The notes below the pieces were generated by a model. It was not told where the DNA came from. It saw only the letters and a program-made list of their open reading frames with translations, and made no database searches. From Trichodesmium erythraeum IMS101 (lineage in GTDB: Bacteria; Cyanobacteriota; Cyanobacteriia; Cyanobacteriales; Microcoleaceae), in the NCBI RefSeq assembly GCF_000014265.1, contig NC_008312.1:7410001-7442000 (forward strand): a DNA stretch of 32,000 nt. The letters are read 5' to 3'. This document shows positions 10,788 through 22,004 of the stretch, piece by piece. Both the position numbers and the translations under genes were made by a program. Each line of letters starts with the position of its first letter. The first letter of the stretch is position 1.

Positions 10788-11825
10788 ATGAAATTTAGCA
10801 AACTTGCAAGTAAACTTGGTTCTGAGACGATCACCTGTAGTCTGGAAAAAATAAATCATCTCGATCCAGATATCCAAGGTGTAGCTGCAATAGATGAGGC
10901 AAAACCAGGTACTCTTAGTTATATTGAGGGTGCAAAATTTGCTAATTATTTGAAAACGACAAATGCTAGCGCTTTAATTTTACCAATGGATGAAACTCTA
11001 CAAAAATTGGCAGGTGAGCGTGGTATTGGGTGGTTATCTAGTAAGGAGCCGAGATTATTATTTGCTCAGGCGATCGCTCTTTTTTATCGACCTTTTCAAC
11101 CTACTCCTGAAATTCATGCTACTTCTATAGTTCATCCCACAGCAAAAGTTGGTAAAAATGTTTATCTTGGCGCTCATGTTGTGGTTGAAGCAGGGGTAAA
11201 AATTGGTGATAATGTTTGTATTTATCCGAATGTGGTGATTTACCCAAATGTGGAAATAGGAGAAAACACTATTTTAAATGCTAACTGTTCGATTCACGAA
11301 CGGAGTCAGATAGGTAAAGGTTGTGTAATTCATAGTGGAGCAGTTATTGGGGGAGAGGGCTTTGGTTTTGTGCCGACTCCCGAAGGTTGGTTTAAGATGG
11401 AACAGTCTGGCAAGGTTATTTTAGAGGATGGGGTGGAAGTTGGAGGTAATACTACTATTGATAGACCTGCAGTGGGAGAAACTAGAATTGGTAAAAATAC
11501 AAAGTTAGATAATTTAGTACAAATTGGTCATGGTTGTAAAATTGGTAAAAATTGTGCTTTGGCTGCTCAAGTTGGTTTAGCTGGTGGGGTGAAACTTGGG
11601 GATAATGTGATTTTAGCAGGTCAGGTAGGAGTTGCTAATCAGGCAAAAATAGGAGATAGGGCAATCGCTACTGCTCAAGCGGGTGTTCATAATGATGTTG
11701 CTGCGGGAGAGATTGTTTCTAGTAGTCCAGCGGTTCCTAATAAGATTTATTTGAAAGCTTCTGCTATTTATAAGCGTTTGCCAGAAATTTATCAATTCGT
11801 CAAACAGATGAAAAGAAAATTATAA
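10788..11825 (+). CDS. lpxD: UDP-3-O-acylglucosamine N-acyltransferase LpxD
   Basis: 345-aa ORF with an LpxD-type N-terminal domain and a long left-handed beta-helix of hexapeptide repeats (IGDNVCIYPNVVIYPNVEIGENTIL...). A GAGGAG-rich leader precedes the ATG. Confidence 0.9.
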   Translation: MKFSKLASKLGSETITCSLEKINHLDPDIQGVAAIDEAKPGTLSYIEGAKFANYLKTTNASALILPMDETLQKLAGERGIGWLSSKEPRLLFAQAIALFYRPFQPTPEIHATSIVHPTAKVGKNVYLGAHVVVEAGVKIGDNVCIYPNVVIYPNVEIGENTILNANCSIHERSQIGKGCVIHSGAVIGGEGFGFVPTPEGWFKMEQSGKVILEDGVEVGGNTTIDRPAVGETRIGKNTKLDNLVQIGHGCKIGKNCALAAQVGLAGGVKLGDNVILAGQVGVANQAKIGDRAIATAQAGVHNDVAAGEIVSSSPAVPNKIYLKASAIYKRLPEIYQFVKQMKRKL

Positions 11826-12249
11826 GCATTTAGCCGTCAGCTAGCCTATTTCAGTTTAAAAGGGTAGCCCTAAAGGTTTGAACATACGGGAATATAGTCA
11901 CTGGCAAATATTACTTTCCGAAATACAGATATTGCAAGTCTTCCTAGCTACTGAAGTTTGGTCTCCGATATTTGTATCGGCTGCACATAGAATTTACAGT
12001 AATTCATATGAGAAGTGACAGTCTTTTACCTCACGGAGTGAGAAGGATCTTGAAACCATTTAGAGATAGTGGTTATCCAGATATTCACTCTGTACAAAAT
12101 TGACGTTTTTTTTTAATAGACATCTCCAAAATAAAAATTAAGGTAAAATTCTAGTGATAAATTATATATACGCTGTCCCCAAATAGACCTCTCCAAAATA
12201 GAAATTAAGGTAAAATTGTAGTGCCCAATTATATATATGCTGTCCCCAA

Positions 12250-13129
12250 ATGAATAATGTATTAGAATATATTTATAATCATCCATCCATATACAAAAAG
12301 GATTATTGGTATTACAGATAAACAACTAATAAAATTAATAGAAAATGCTCAAAAAGTTGAAGACAAAAAAAGACAGGCGATCAAACAAAGAAGAAAAAAG
12401 ATTAATTAAGGCAGGAGGAGTCAGAAAAAAGTCTTTAGGCAAGGCGGAAGAGATAATTTTGACATTATATTATTTGCATCATGTACCAACATTTCAACTG
12501 CTAGGAGCAATATTTGGAGTTAGTGAATCAACAGCAAATAATATTTTTCAGGCTTTGGAGCGATATTTTGAGGGAATTATTACCATCTAGTTTACTAGAG
12601 GAATTCTCGGGAAAAGAAAACGAATATTTATGGATAAAAGAAGCTTTGACAGAAATAGAATTGATAGTTGATAGTACAGAACAGGATATATTCAGGCCAA
12701 AAAATGATGAAAAGCAGAAAAAATATTACTCAGAAAAGCAAAAAAGTCATAGGTTAAAAAATCAAATAATAATAACAGATAATGGAAAAGAAATAGTTGA
12801 TGTAATAGTAGGAGAAAGAGGTCCAGAGAGTGATATAATTTTATTCAAAAAACAACAAAAAAAGTTTGATAAAGAACAAAGATTTCAAGGAGATAAAGGT
12901 TATCAAGGTGGGGAAAGAATTGACACGCCAAAGAAAAAAAATAAACCATAAAATGTCATACAAAGTAAATAAAGAGAATCAAAAAAAAGCTCAAAAAAGA
13001 ATATTTGTAGAACATGTAATAAGACTGATAAAAATATTGAAAGTGGCACGAGAAAGATTCAGATTAAAAGAGAGTAATTATGAAAAAGTAATTTTAACAA
13101 TATGTGGTTTAGTGAGATTAAGAGATTAA
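12250..13129 (+). pseudogene. IS-B#1 transposase (HTH_Tnp_4/DDE_Tnp_4-like), several frameshifts
   Basis: ATG 12250 gives MNNVLEYIYNHP, then a frameshift. Track ORFs 12345-12590, 12514-12951 and 12866-13129 carry consecutive pieces (RLIKAGGVRKKSL..LYYLHHVPTFQLLG; IVDSTEQ; FQGDKGYQG; RIFVEHVIRLIK) in three frames. Confidence 0.75.
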
Positions 13130-13937
13130 GCACTAATGTTAACATAAATCCTAACTTTAGGTCTAGTAAAAAGCAAGAAATAATTACATAAAAATGCTAA
13201 ATAATTAACAATAACTATCTGTAATACTATAAATATCATAAAAAATGACTATCTAGAGGAGCTGGCGATCGCTCCCTCAAAGATAGTTACAGTAAGGGGT
13301 GGTCCTGTATATGTAGTGATAAGCCAATATAAATGATTAGTTATTGACATCAATCTTGAAAACATTAAGTTTTTTATGCTTAATAATTCAAAATTTTTAT
13401 CTAGGCGATCGCTACATAATAATCAGTCATTAAACTATCAAGAATTAAACTCAACTATCATGAAAAAAGTATGCTATTATCTATGACAGTAATAAGAAAA
13501 AATCTATATAATTCAGATGTCCATTCATAAATTAATCTGTCCTAGTTGTGGCAGTAATCATATTGTCAAAAATGGGACTATTCACAACAAAAAACAAAAA
13601 TATCAATGTCAAAATTGTCAGAGACAATTTGTCGAAAATAGTCAAAGAGATTATATTAGTAATGAAACCAAAGAACTTATTGATAAATTAAAATAGAGAA
13701 AAAATTAGTTTAGCTGGTATAACCCGTGTAACAGGCGTGTCAGAAAAATGGCTCCAGAATTACGTCAATAATAAGTATGCTGAGGTTTCACGCTCTATTA
13801 AATGTACTAAAAAAAAACAGGTAAACTCACCATTCAATGTGATGAAATGTGGTCATTTGTAGGCAATAAAAATAATAAACAATGGCTGTGGTTAGCGATT
13901 GATATAGAAACTAAAGAAATTGTGGGTTTTTACTTAG

Positions 13938-15313
13938 CGGGACTTTAGTGAAAAAATAGTAAAAAAAAGGGTATAATGTATACCTGATATGTATTTTACG
14001 TTAATTACTGGCCTGGGAAAAGTTTGATGAAAGAAACAACTTCAGTGGCCATGCCCTCTTGTTTCCATCGATGGTGCGATCGCTTTAACAATGTCTTTAA
14101 AACAAAAGCCCAAAAAACAGGGTTTAGGGAATATATAGGAGGATTACTCTTGAGAAAGCGATCGAAAAAACTTGTCTCAAATTGCCAACAACACTGTAGG
14201 TCACACGTACCACAAATTACGGCATTTTCTAGTTCGAGCAAATTGGTCTGTAGATGCTGTGAATGAGCGTCGTCTTCAAGTAATGTGGGAACGTCGCCAA
14301 ACAAAACCTTCTCGATCCTATTGCTTTAATTATAGACGATTCAGGCCACAGAAAAAGTGGTAATTTTACTGCAGGAGTAGGGCGGCAATATATAGGAGAA
14401 ATAGGAAAAACAGATAATGGTGTAGTCGTGGTGACAACTCATCTTTATGATGGAGTTAAAAGTCTACCTTTAGACATAGCTTTGTATCAGAAAGCTGATT
14501 CTTTTCCAAAAGGAAAAAAAGACCCAGAATTTGTCAAGAAACCAGACGAGTGCAATGTCTCTAGTAGATCAATGTTTGTCCAGAGGACACCAACCAGAAA
14601 TTGTGTTAATTGAAATTTGGCTATGGTAACAATACATCATTCTTAAATCAACTAGAGAAAAGAAGTTTAACTTATATAGGAGGATTAGCTAAAAATCGAA
14701 AAGTCATCATTAAAAAACAAGATGACATTAAAGAGGAAATTAGATTAGACAAGCTGGCAGAAAGTATACCTCAGAAAGCTTTCAACTTAGTTCAACTAAG
14801 TACAAAAAATGCTAGAGAAGTTTGGGTAGCTACATTAGAAGTAGAAATATCTAGGATGTCAGGTCAAAAAACTATAGCTATCGTTATGAATGCTAAAAGT
14901 TTTTCTGAGGCCACTGATATTAACTATTATATCACTAATAGAGAAGACAAATATGTAACTCCTGAGTGGATATATTCTACTTATTCTCAAAGAAATTGGG
15001 TGGAAGTTTTCTACAGGGAAGCCAAAGGATGGTTAGGATTAAGAGAATATCAAGTCAGAGATAAAATCAGCCTTAAAAGGCATTTTATTTTAGTATTTTG
15101 TGCTTATACATTTATTATCTGGCATCAGTTAACAGGAGGTATAAGAAGGCGTTGGGCTAACAAACCATTAAATACGTTTACTGATACTTTAGAAGCATTT
15201 CGTACCGCAATATCTTATCGTTTTGTTGAGTGGTTAGATGAAAACATCGACGTATTTACCGCTCATAAAGAGAGTTTAGGGTTTGTTTGGGCTTGAAATT
15301 TGCTAAAGTCCCG
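13938..15313 (+). mobile_element. IS701-family element, innermost member of the nest
   Basis: Perfect 11-bp inverted termini CGGGACTTTAG (13938) / CTAAAGTCCCG (to 15313), with a 4-bp duplication TTAG at 13934-13937 and 15314-15317. It splits the IS1 InsB frame between GFYL and GERGEKG. Confidence 0.75.
14024..15296 (+). pseudogene. IS701-family transposase, at least three frameshifts
   Basis: Track ORFs 14024-14266, 14172-14363, 14428-14613 and 14610-15296 are consecutive pieces in different frames. The C-terminal piece has WVEVFYREAKGWLGLREYQVRDKISLKRHFILVFCAYTF, which is typical of IS701 enzymes. Confidence 0.7.
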
Positions 15314-15906
15314 TTAGGGGAAAGAGGAGAAAAAGGGGCAGCATAGATTATGGAATTCTAACCCACGGTGTCTTAAGGCCGTGTGCAGTTTGTTATACAG
15401 ATTTTTGGTCAGCTTACGAGCTTGTCTTTCCTGAAGAGAGACATAAATCAGTGGGGAATATTCAGGTTTAACAGCTTATATAGAAAGATTGAATAATACT
15501 TTGCGTCAAAGAATTTCTCGGTTGGTCAGAAAGACTTTATCCTTTTCTAAAAAGCTTCGGTCCCATCTAGGAGCTATTTGGTATTTCATTAATCATTATA
15601 ATGAAGCGATCGCTTCACTGTAATTTTATCACTACATATACAGGACTACCCAGTAAGGGAAGTGATAATTTTTGGAGATGTCTAATGAATAATGTATTAG
15701 AATAGACATCTCCAAAAATTAACAAAGCCTTTCCTTGACTTGATCTTAGCCTAGTTGCCATATCAAGCATCTTTGGTCCTAAAATACGCAATCATAAATC
15801 TTTGAGATATTTTCTCTTACTAATTCAACATTTATTTCCCCCCATTTTCACTTTATTCTCTTAATTTATTATCTTCTTTTTATACTAATATTAATGCTCC
15901 TATTCT

Positions 15907-16380
15907 TCATCTCACTAATCCACATACTACCATTATTACTTTCTCATAACTTTTCTCTTTTAATCTAAATCTTTCTCTCGCAATTCCAAATATTTTTAGT
16001 AATCTAATTACATGTTCTACGAATATTCTTTTTTGGGCTTTTTGTTGATTTTTTTCTTTTATTTCTTCTGGCATTTCTTTTTTTCTTGGCTTCTTTTTTG
16101 GTGTGCTTGTTCTTTCTGCTCCTTGATCTTCTTTATCCCCTTGAAAATATTGATTATCCTTAAATTTTTCCCGTTGTTTGTTTAATAAATTTATATCACT
16201 TAATGGTCCCCTTTCTCCGATAATTACATCCACTATTTCTGTTCCTTTTGGTGTCGTTATTATTTGATTTTTAAAGGTATGATTTTTCTTGTTTCCTGAA
16301 TAATATTTTTCTGGTTTTTCAGATTCTTTTGGTCTTTCTCTACTTTGTTCTGAGCTATCTACTATTAATTCTAATTCCAT
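15907..16380 (-). CDS. IS-A transposase orfB (DDE_Tnp_4-like catalytic part), probably fused to orfA by a -1 frameshift
   Basis: The frame is open upstream of the listed Met, back to the A-run (QKKEDELEWVKEALMELELIVDSSEQ...). DDE motifs align with the Harbinger-type copy: IVDSSEQ (compare IIDGTERP), YFQGDKEDQG, RIFVEHVIRLLK. Confidence 0.75.
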   Translation of the reverse strand: MELELIVDSSEQSRERPKESEKPEKYYSGNKKNHTFKNQIITTPKGTEIVDVIIGERGPLSDINLLNKQREKFKDNQYFQGDKEDQGAERTSTPKKKPRKKEMPEEIKEKNQQKAQKRIFVEHVIRLLKIFGIARERFRLKEKSYEKVIMVVCGLVR

Positions 16381-16400
16381 TAACGCTTCTTTTACCCATT

Positions 16401-16775
16401 CTAATTCATCTTCTTTTTTTTGACTTGTTCTAATAAACTAGCTGGTAATAAATCTGGTAAAATATTTATCCAGTAATGGAATATATTATTGGCTGTTGAT
16501 TCACTAAACCCAAAATTTATTCCTAATAATTGAAAAGTTGGTATATGATGTAAATAATATAGCGTTAAAAATATTTCTTCTGTTTTAGTTAAAGTCTTTT
16601 TTCTGCCTCCACCTGGTTTAATTAATCTTATTTCTTTCTCGTCAATTACCTTTAAATTTTCTGATTCTTTGATAATTGCATTTTCTATTAATTGTGTTAG
16701 CTGTTCATAAGTAATCCCTATAATTCTTTTTGTTTCTTTCGGATAATTATGAATGTACTCTAAAGTTTTATTCAT
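16401..16775 (-). CDS. IS-A transposase orfA (HTH_Tnp_4-like DNA-binding part)
   Basis: 124-aa ORF reading MNKTLEYIHNYPKETKRIIGITYEQL...GGGRKKTLTKTEEIFLTLYYLHHIPTFQLLGINFGFSESTANNIF. It ends in an A8G run. Confidence 0.8.
   Translation of the reverse strand: MNKTLEYIHNYPKETKRIIGITYEQLTQLIENAIIKESENLKVIDEKEIRLIKPGGGRKKTLTKTEEIFLTLYYLHHIPTFQLLGINFGFSESTANNIFHYWINILPDLLPASLLEQVKKKKMN
16413..16421 (-). promoter_or_regulatory. candidate programmed -1 ribosomal frameshift site A AAA AAG
   Basis: The minus strand reads GTC AAA AAA AAG AAG ATG AAT TAG. orfB is open in the -1 frame across this heptamer, the classical A-AAA-AAG slippery sequence used by IS1 and dnaX. Confidence 0.5.
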
Positions 16776-17923
16776 TGGTATAGCCGCCTAAATAAAATTA
16801 TAAATGAACATTACAATCTTATCTTATTTTCTATTTTGGAGATGTCTAATATCTTTATAATCATCCAAGAGAAACAAAAAGGATTATTGGTATTACAGAT
16901 AAACAACTCATAAAATTAATAGAAAATACTCAAAAAATTATCGCCAGTAAATAAAAAAGATTAATTAAGGCAGAAGGAGGCAGAAAAAAAACCTTAAAAG
17001 TCGAGGAAGAAATCATCTTAACTTTATGCTATTTACGTCATGTGCCCACATTTGCTCATACTAGGAATATCTTTTAGTGTAAGCTCATCAACAGCAAATA
17101 ATATTTTTCAGGCTTGGGATAGACATATTACAATATTTATTACCTTGTAGTTTATTTGAACAATTCCGAGAAAAAGAAGATGAATATTTTTGGATACAAA
17201 AAATTTTAACTGAACTTGAATTAATTGTAGATACTACAGAACAGAGTATATATAGGCCAGATGACGATAAGAAACAGAAAAAATATTACTCTGAAAAAAA
17301 GAAAAGTCATACATTAAAAAACCAGATAATAATTACAGAAAAGGGGACAGAAATAGTAGATGTAATTGTGGGATAAAGAGTGCCAGAAAGCGATGTAAAT
17401 TTACTCATAAAACAACTTTCAAAATTTGATAAAAAACCAAAATTTCAGGGAGATAAAGGAGATCAAGGAGCCGAGAGAACTACAATACCCAAAAAAAAGC
17501 CGAGAAAACAATAATTGCCAGCAGAAATCAAAGAAGATAACTTGAAATTAGCCCAAAAAAGAAAGAATATTTGTAGAGCATATAATAAGGCTAATAAAAA
17601 TATTTGGAATGGCACGAGAAAGATTTAGATTAAAAGATAGTAATTATGAAAAAGTAATTTTAACAATATGTGGTTTAGTAAGATTAAGAATAGGAGGATT
17701 TTTATTAGTATAAATCATGGCTTGTGACGAAAAAGAAAACAAGAAAAAACTGGATAAAGATGGTGAATAATTAACAAGAATTATCTCTAATACTCTAAAG
17801 TGCGTAAAAAATGACTATCTGGAGGATTTAGCGATCGCTCCCTAAAAAATAGTTACAGTAAGGGAAGTGAGAATTTTTGGAGATGTCTAATGATAATTAT
17901 TCTTTTTAGGATGTGGGTTAGGG

Positions 17924-19361
17924 CTCACGGGGTAGACAAGTAAGCTTAATGCTAGATATAGTAATAATTTGAGACAATAAATTGAATAATAATTCAATTT
18001 ATAAAGAATGCTATTTTGAGTTTGGGAGGTAGCGATCGCCAATTCACTCTTATCCACCATCTGAGTTGATTATTTATTCATTTAAAAAGTTTTGGAAATA
18101 ATTAAAAATATGATAAAAAAGGGTTAGTAATTACAAAGAAAAATCAATAAAAGTGAATATATTAGGCTTTTATCAAGCCCATATTAAGCAAAAATTGAGT
18201 CCATCTCAAGTAATAACATTACAAATATTATTATACGTGAGTATCAGTACATAAAACTGTACAGATATCAAAATTAAGTAATTATTTTTCCCTACCAATA
18301 AAATTAGAAAGTAAGAGAAAACATATACAAAGGTTTTTGACTTGAAAAGAGTTAAGCCTAGCTTTATTTTGGTTTCCTTTAGTTAAAAAAATAATAGAAA
18401 ATTTATTTAGTGTTTCCTCAGAATTAGTATTGATTTTAGATAGAACTCAGTGGCAAAATACTAATATATTAATGATTAGTTTAGCTGGGAAAAAGATGGA
18501 AATACCATTATATTGGAAAATTTTAACTCATAAAGGAGCTAGTAATTTAACCTAACAAAAAGCAGTAATTCGTCCAGTTATAAGATTATTAAAAGGTCAG
18601 AAAATTATGATGGCAGCAGATAGAGAGTTCCATAGTATTTTTCTATCCCACTGGTTGAAAAAATATCAGAAGCAAGATCTATATTTTGTTTTTAGACAGA
18701 AAAAAACGACGATAATTAAACGGGGTAAAAAATATTGTAAAGTCTCAGAATTAAAAGTAAATTTCGGTGAAACTAAACTATTATTGAACCATATATTCCC
18801 AAAAATTTTGAAGGTAGGAACATATAATTTACTCAATTATAAAAAACAGAAATATCGTCAAAAATCTGTTGTAGATAAATGGTATATTCTCTCCAATTTA
18901 TCATCTCCTAAAAAGATTAAAAAAATATATATTCAGAGAATGGGAATTGAAGCAATGTTTAAATACTATAAAACTGGTAGTTACAATCTAGAATCAGCTA
19001 AAGCTAATAAAATGAGATTAAGTAATTTAATTTTATTAATAGCTATTTCATACACAATTAGTTCATTTCAAGTCCAAAAAAATTAAAAATCAAGGGGTTC
19101 AATAATATATATCAAGAACTAATAAAAAGGTTAGAAAATAAAGAAGAAACAGTAGTTTTCTTGTAGGATTATCTATGATTTATTGGGCAATAAATGATAA
19201 TTTTATCTGGGAATTAGTAGAAAATTTAATGGACCTTAATCCTCATAAATTACTATATTATCAAAGAGGACTCAAACCGATGAATACAGTGGTTAATTAG
19301 ACTGTAATTTTTGATTAACAATAAATTAATTCATGTGAGTTTTTTAATAAGTTGATTTATT
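17924..19361 (+). mobile_element. IS4-family element, degenerate copy, right end truncated
   Basis: It starts with the same CTCACGGGG terminus as the minus-strand copy at 22880-24764 and is collinear with it. The right subterminal region of about 170 bp is missing. At 19362 it abuts an IS1-type inverted repeat. Confidence 0.65.
18153..19300 (+). pseudogene. IS4-family transposase, multiple stops
   Basis: GTG-start N-terminus (V)NILGFYQAHIKQKLSPSQ with early stops. Track ORF 18607-19086 holds the DDE core (ADREFHS; YIQRMGIEAMFKYYK, the Y-R-E-K signature). The C-terminal tail ...LLYYQRGLKPMNTVVN is in another frame, with the stop at 19298-19300. Confidence 0.7.
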
Positions 19362-19545
19362 GGTAGTCCTATATATGTAGTGATATGTTCATATAAGTAG
19401 TCAGCAATGGATATTAATATCAGAAATATTGCGCTTTTGCCTACTAAAAATTAAAAGTTTATTTGCTAGGCGAGCCCTTAATATAACCAAATACTAAGTT
19501 ATCAATAAATTTCTTCTAAATATCATACCACAAATTGTGCTAACA
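19362..19545 (+). mobile_element. solo left-end fragment of an IS1-family element
   Basis: GGTAGTCCTATATATGTAGTGATA at 19362 matches the inverted repeat of the IS1 copy at 13298. Loose similarity continues for about 180 bp (for example TTGCTAGGCGAGCCC versus TATCTAGGCGATCGC). No transposase follows. Confidence 0.55.
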
Positions 19546-19552
19546 TACACTT

Positions 19553-20770
19553 ACTAAAATAAAAAATAAGGTAAAATTATCAAAACCATTTATGTATATA
19601 GTCTCCCAAATGAATCCAAATTTAGAATATATTTATAATTATCTAAAAGAAACAAAAAGAATTATTAGTATTACTTATGAAAAGCTAATAAAATTAATAA
19701 GAAATGCCCCAAAAATAGAATCATAAAAAAGGTCGGCGATCGCCAAAACAGAAAAAAGATTAATTAAAGCAGTTGGAGTCAGAAAAAAGAATTTAACAAA
19801 GGAAGAATAAATAATTTTTACATGATTTTATTTACATCAAATACCAAATTTTCAAACATTAAGAATTAACTTTGGTATGAGTGAATCAACTGCCAATAAT
19901 ATTTTTCATTTTTACATGATTTTATTTACATCAAATACCAATTTTAAAACATTAGGAATTAACTTTAGTATAAGTTAATTAAGTGCTAATAATATTTTTC
20001 ATTACTGGATAGATATTCTCAGAGAATTACTGCTAGCAAGTTTATTAGAAGAAGTAAAAAAAAAGAAAATAAATAGAAATAGGTAAAGGAGATATTAACA
20101 GAATTAAAATTAATTTTAGATAGTACAGAACAAGGTAGAGGAAGACCAAGTGAATATAAAAACCAAGAAAAATATAAAATATAAAAAAAGAAAAATTATA
20201 CTTTTAAAAATCAAATAATAACGATACCAAAAGGAACAGAAATAGTGGATATAATAGTAGGATAAAAAGGTTTAGTAAGTGATATAAAAATATTAAGAAA
20301 ACAACCGGATAAATTTGATAAAAAACAAAAATTTTAAGGAGATAAAGCTGATGAAGGAGTAGAAAGAACTACTACACAAAAAAAGAAACCAATAAAAAAA
20401 GAAATGCCACCAGAAATTAAAGAATAAAATCAAGAAAAAGCAAAAAAAAGAATATTTTTATAACATGTAATAAGATTAATTAAAATATTTAGATTTCCTC
20501 GAAAAAGATTCAGATTAAACAAATAATAATGATCAAAAAGTACTTTTAAAAATATGTAGTTTAGTGCGATTAAAAATGGCTTATTTATATTAGTAAAAAT
20601 CATCAAAAGCTGAGATAAAAAGAATAAATTAAAGTCCAATAAATATTTGAATTAGTAACACAAAGTGTCTCTGATACCTATAAAACTGTACAAATTAACT
20701 ATCTTCAAGGTGAGCTAACACTCCACTAAAAATAGTTAGTATAAGCGTTTGAGTATTGTTGGAGATGTCT
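19553..20770 (+). mobile_element. second heavily degenerate IS-A-type copy (IS-A-deg2), left terminus eroded
   Basis: Collinear with 5814-7370. The last 180 bp are nearly identical (CATCAAAA.CTGAGATAAAAA...GAGTATTGTTGGAGATGTCT). It is full of stops and has an internal tandem duplication of about 93 bp at roughly 19816-20003. The left end position is approximate. Confidence 0.65.
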
Positions 20771-20887
20771 ATTCTCCATTTTCTGCACCTGTATAATACC
20801 AATTTGAAAATGTTGGCTACAAAAGACTACCCTATTTATCAAAATAATTGGGTCTAATACCAGTTTAATAAATGTTTGCTACAAATA

Positions 20888-22004
20888 TAGCAATCCTAAA
20901 TAGATTGTGGCAAAATTCCATACTGAAAAAGCTTTGGGAAATCAAATATTTGACCATCTGCAAAAAACTTAAATAGCCACTTAACTACTTTAAAAGAACT
21001 GCAAAGATGATCAAATTGTCTGATGAAACTTTTAGTTGGCAACCAAATATCTTCAACAGGGTTTTGTTCAGGAGCATTTGGGGCAAATAAGCGTACAATT
21101 TATCAACCATTCTTCTTCAGGTAAATCTTGATTAATTAACATCAGATATTCTCGAAATTCTTGAGAGTTATGATAAGTTGCACCGTCCCCAAATATTGCC
21201 AATCTTTTTCCTGGTCTTTGCTCTTGTAAATATTTAACAAATTCATTCTTTTTTTCAGTATTTCCATTCTTATATTCTTGCACAATGAATTCCTTATTTT
21301 GATAATAATTGGCTCCATAATAAGTTTGTCTTTCTTTTTCATTTTTGATCGGAATTTCTATTCTTTTATCTGTTCTTCCCCAAGTATAGCTATATAGAGC
21401 ACCCCATAATAGATGACATTCATCAATCATAAACACTGTAAGATTTTCAGATTCTATTTCTGGTTGCCATTTAGTCAATAATTCCTCTATTTCTTTTTTT
21501 TTGCTTTCACTAATTCATCATTTTTAGCGGGATTTTTTTGGGAGTTTTTTTTCAAGTTATTCCTGCTTCTTTGAGTAAGTTATAATAACTTTGATTAGAC
21601 TCAAAAACTACATCATATTGCTTCTTTAAATATTTTTGTAAATCTGACAATCTTAGGTAATTTTGTGCCCTCACCCACTCAATTATTTGCTCTTTTTCTT
21701 CGGCCTTTAAGTAACCTTGTGTTCCAATATAATTGAAGCTTTAAACTTTCACTTGCCATGAAACAGTGCTTGGTTTTTCCATTCGCTTTCTAAACTGCTG
21801 AGTTACATTTAATAATTCTTTGACTTCATGATAGGATTTTCCCGACAAAATCATTTTTACAGCTAAGGCTCTTTTTATTTCTTTTGACTATGCATGTGTG
21901 ATTGATAAAATCGTCTAGTTCATCTATAATATTCATTACTTTGTATTTTGACTGGAGATGTTATTCTTACTATTATATCTGTTGCGACCTATTTAGGATT
22001 GCTA
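20888..22004 (-). mobile_element. IS630-family element (second subfamily), decayed
   Basis: Inverted termini TAGCAATCCTAAATAG (20888) and CTATTTAGGATTGCTA (to 22004), each flanked by TA (20886-20887 / 22005-22006). TA is the IS630 target duplication. Confidence 0.75.
20896..21895 (-). pseudogene. IS630-family transposase, frameshifted
   Basis: Track ORF 21068-21478 carries MIDECHLLWG and IFGDGATYH (two catalytic D motifs). The tail PNAPEQNPVEDIW (E motif) and the N-terminal HTH part (...ILSGKSYHEVKELLNV...) lie in other frames. Confidence 0.75.

Larger units (their letters stand above)
13517..15623 (+). pseudogene. IS1-type InsA/InsB transposase, frameshifted and split by the IS701-like insertion
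   Basis: A 59-aa zinc-finger InsA-like ORF at 13517-13696 reads MSIHKLICPSCGSNHIVKNG..YQCQNCQRQF. It is followed in other frames by ISLAGITRVTGVSEKWLQNY, an A9 run, and TIQCDEMWSFVGNKNNKQWLWLAIDIETKEIVGFYL. After the insertion it continues YTDFWSAYELVFPEERH..YIERLNNTLRQRISRLVRKTLSFSKK, with the stop at 15621-15623. Confidence 0.7.
13298..15650 (+). mobile_element. IS1-family element inserted in the 3' tail of IS-B#1
   Basis: Inverted repeats GGTGGTCCTGTATATGTAGTGATAA (13298) and TTATCACTACATATACAGGACTACC (to 15650). An 8-bp duplication CAGTAAGG lies at 13290-13297 and 15651-15658. The empty site TTACAGTAAGGGAAGTGA is seen in the other IS-B copies. Confidence 0.8.
12185..15683 (+). mobile_element. 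IS-B#1 (same IS5-superfamily subfamily), inserted just 5' of the ATG of IS-B#2
   Basis: Termini AGACCTCTCCAAAA ... GGAGATGTCT are flanked by AAT (12182-12184 / 15684-15686). The empty site CCCCAAATGAATAATG is visible in the paralog at 26316-27458. Confidence 0.8.
15704..16847 (-). mobile_element. IS5-superfamily (Harbinger/ISL2-like) element IS-A copy 1, apparently intact, 1144 bp
   Basis: Termini AGACATCTCCAAAAATTAAC ... ATTTTGGAGATGTCT are flanked by AAT (15701-15703 / 16848-16850). It is inserted 18 nt into the ORF of IS-B#2, and the empty site TATTAGAATATCTTTAT is seen in IS-B#3. It has two overlapping ORFs with no internal stops. Confidence 0.85.
12118..17888 (+). mobile_element. outer shell of a nested IS cluster: IS5-superfamily copy IS-B#2, carrying two direct insertions
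   Basis: Termini AGACATCTCCAAAA (12118) and TTTTTGGAGATGTCT (to 17888) are flanked by AAT (12115-12117 / 17889-17891). Its own segments are 12118-12184, 15684-15703 and 16848-17888. Joined together they are collinear with the uninterrupted copy at 26316-27458. Confidence 0.8.

Noticed and set aside
12113-12325. 70-aa minus-strand ORF.
   Set aside because: It spans the two consecutive IS-B left ends (12118-12184 and 12185 onward), antisense to the transposase start. It is AT-rich and has no motifs.
20430-20639. Minus-strand ORF in IS-A-deg2. The same applies to 21142-21342, 21902-22123 and 24728-24928.
   Set aside because: These are low-complexity, AT-rich or antisense frames inside decayed IS DNA. 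They are overlapped by better-supported transposase fragments.
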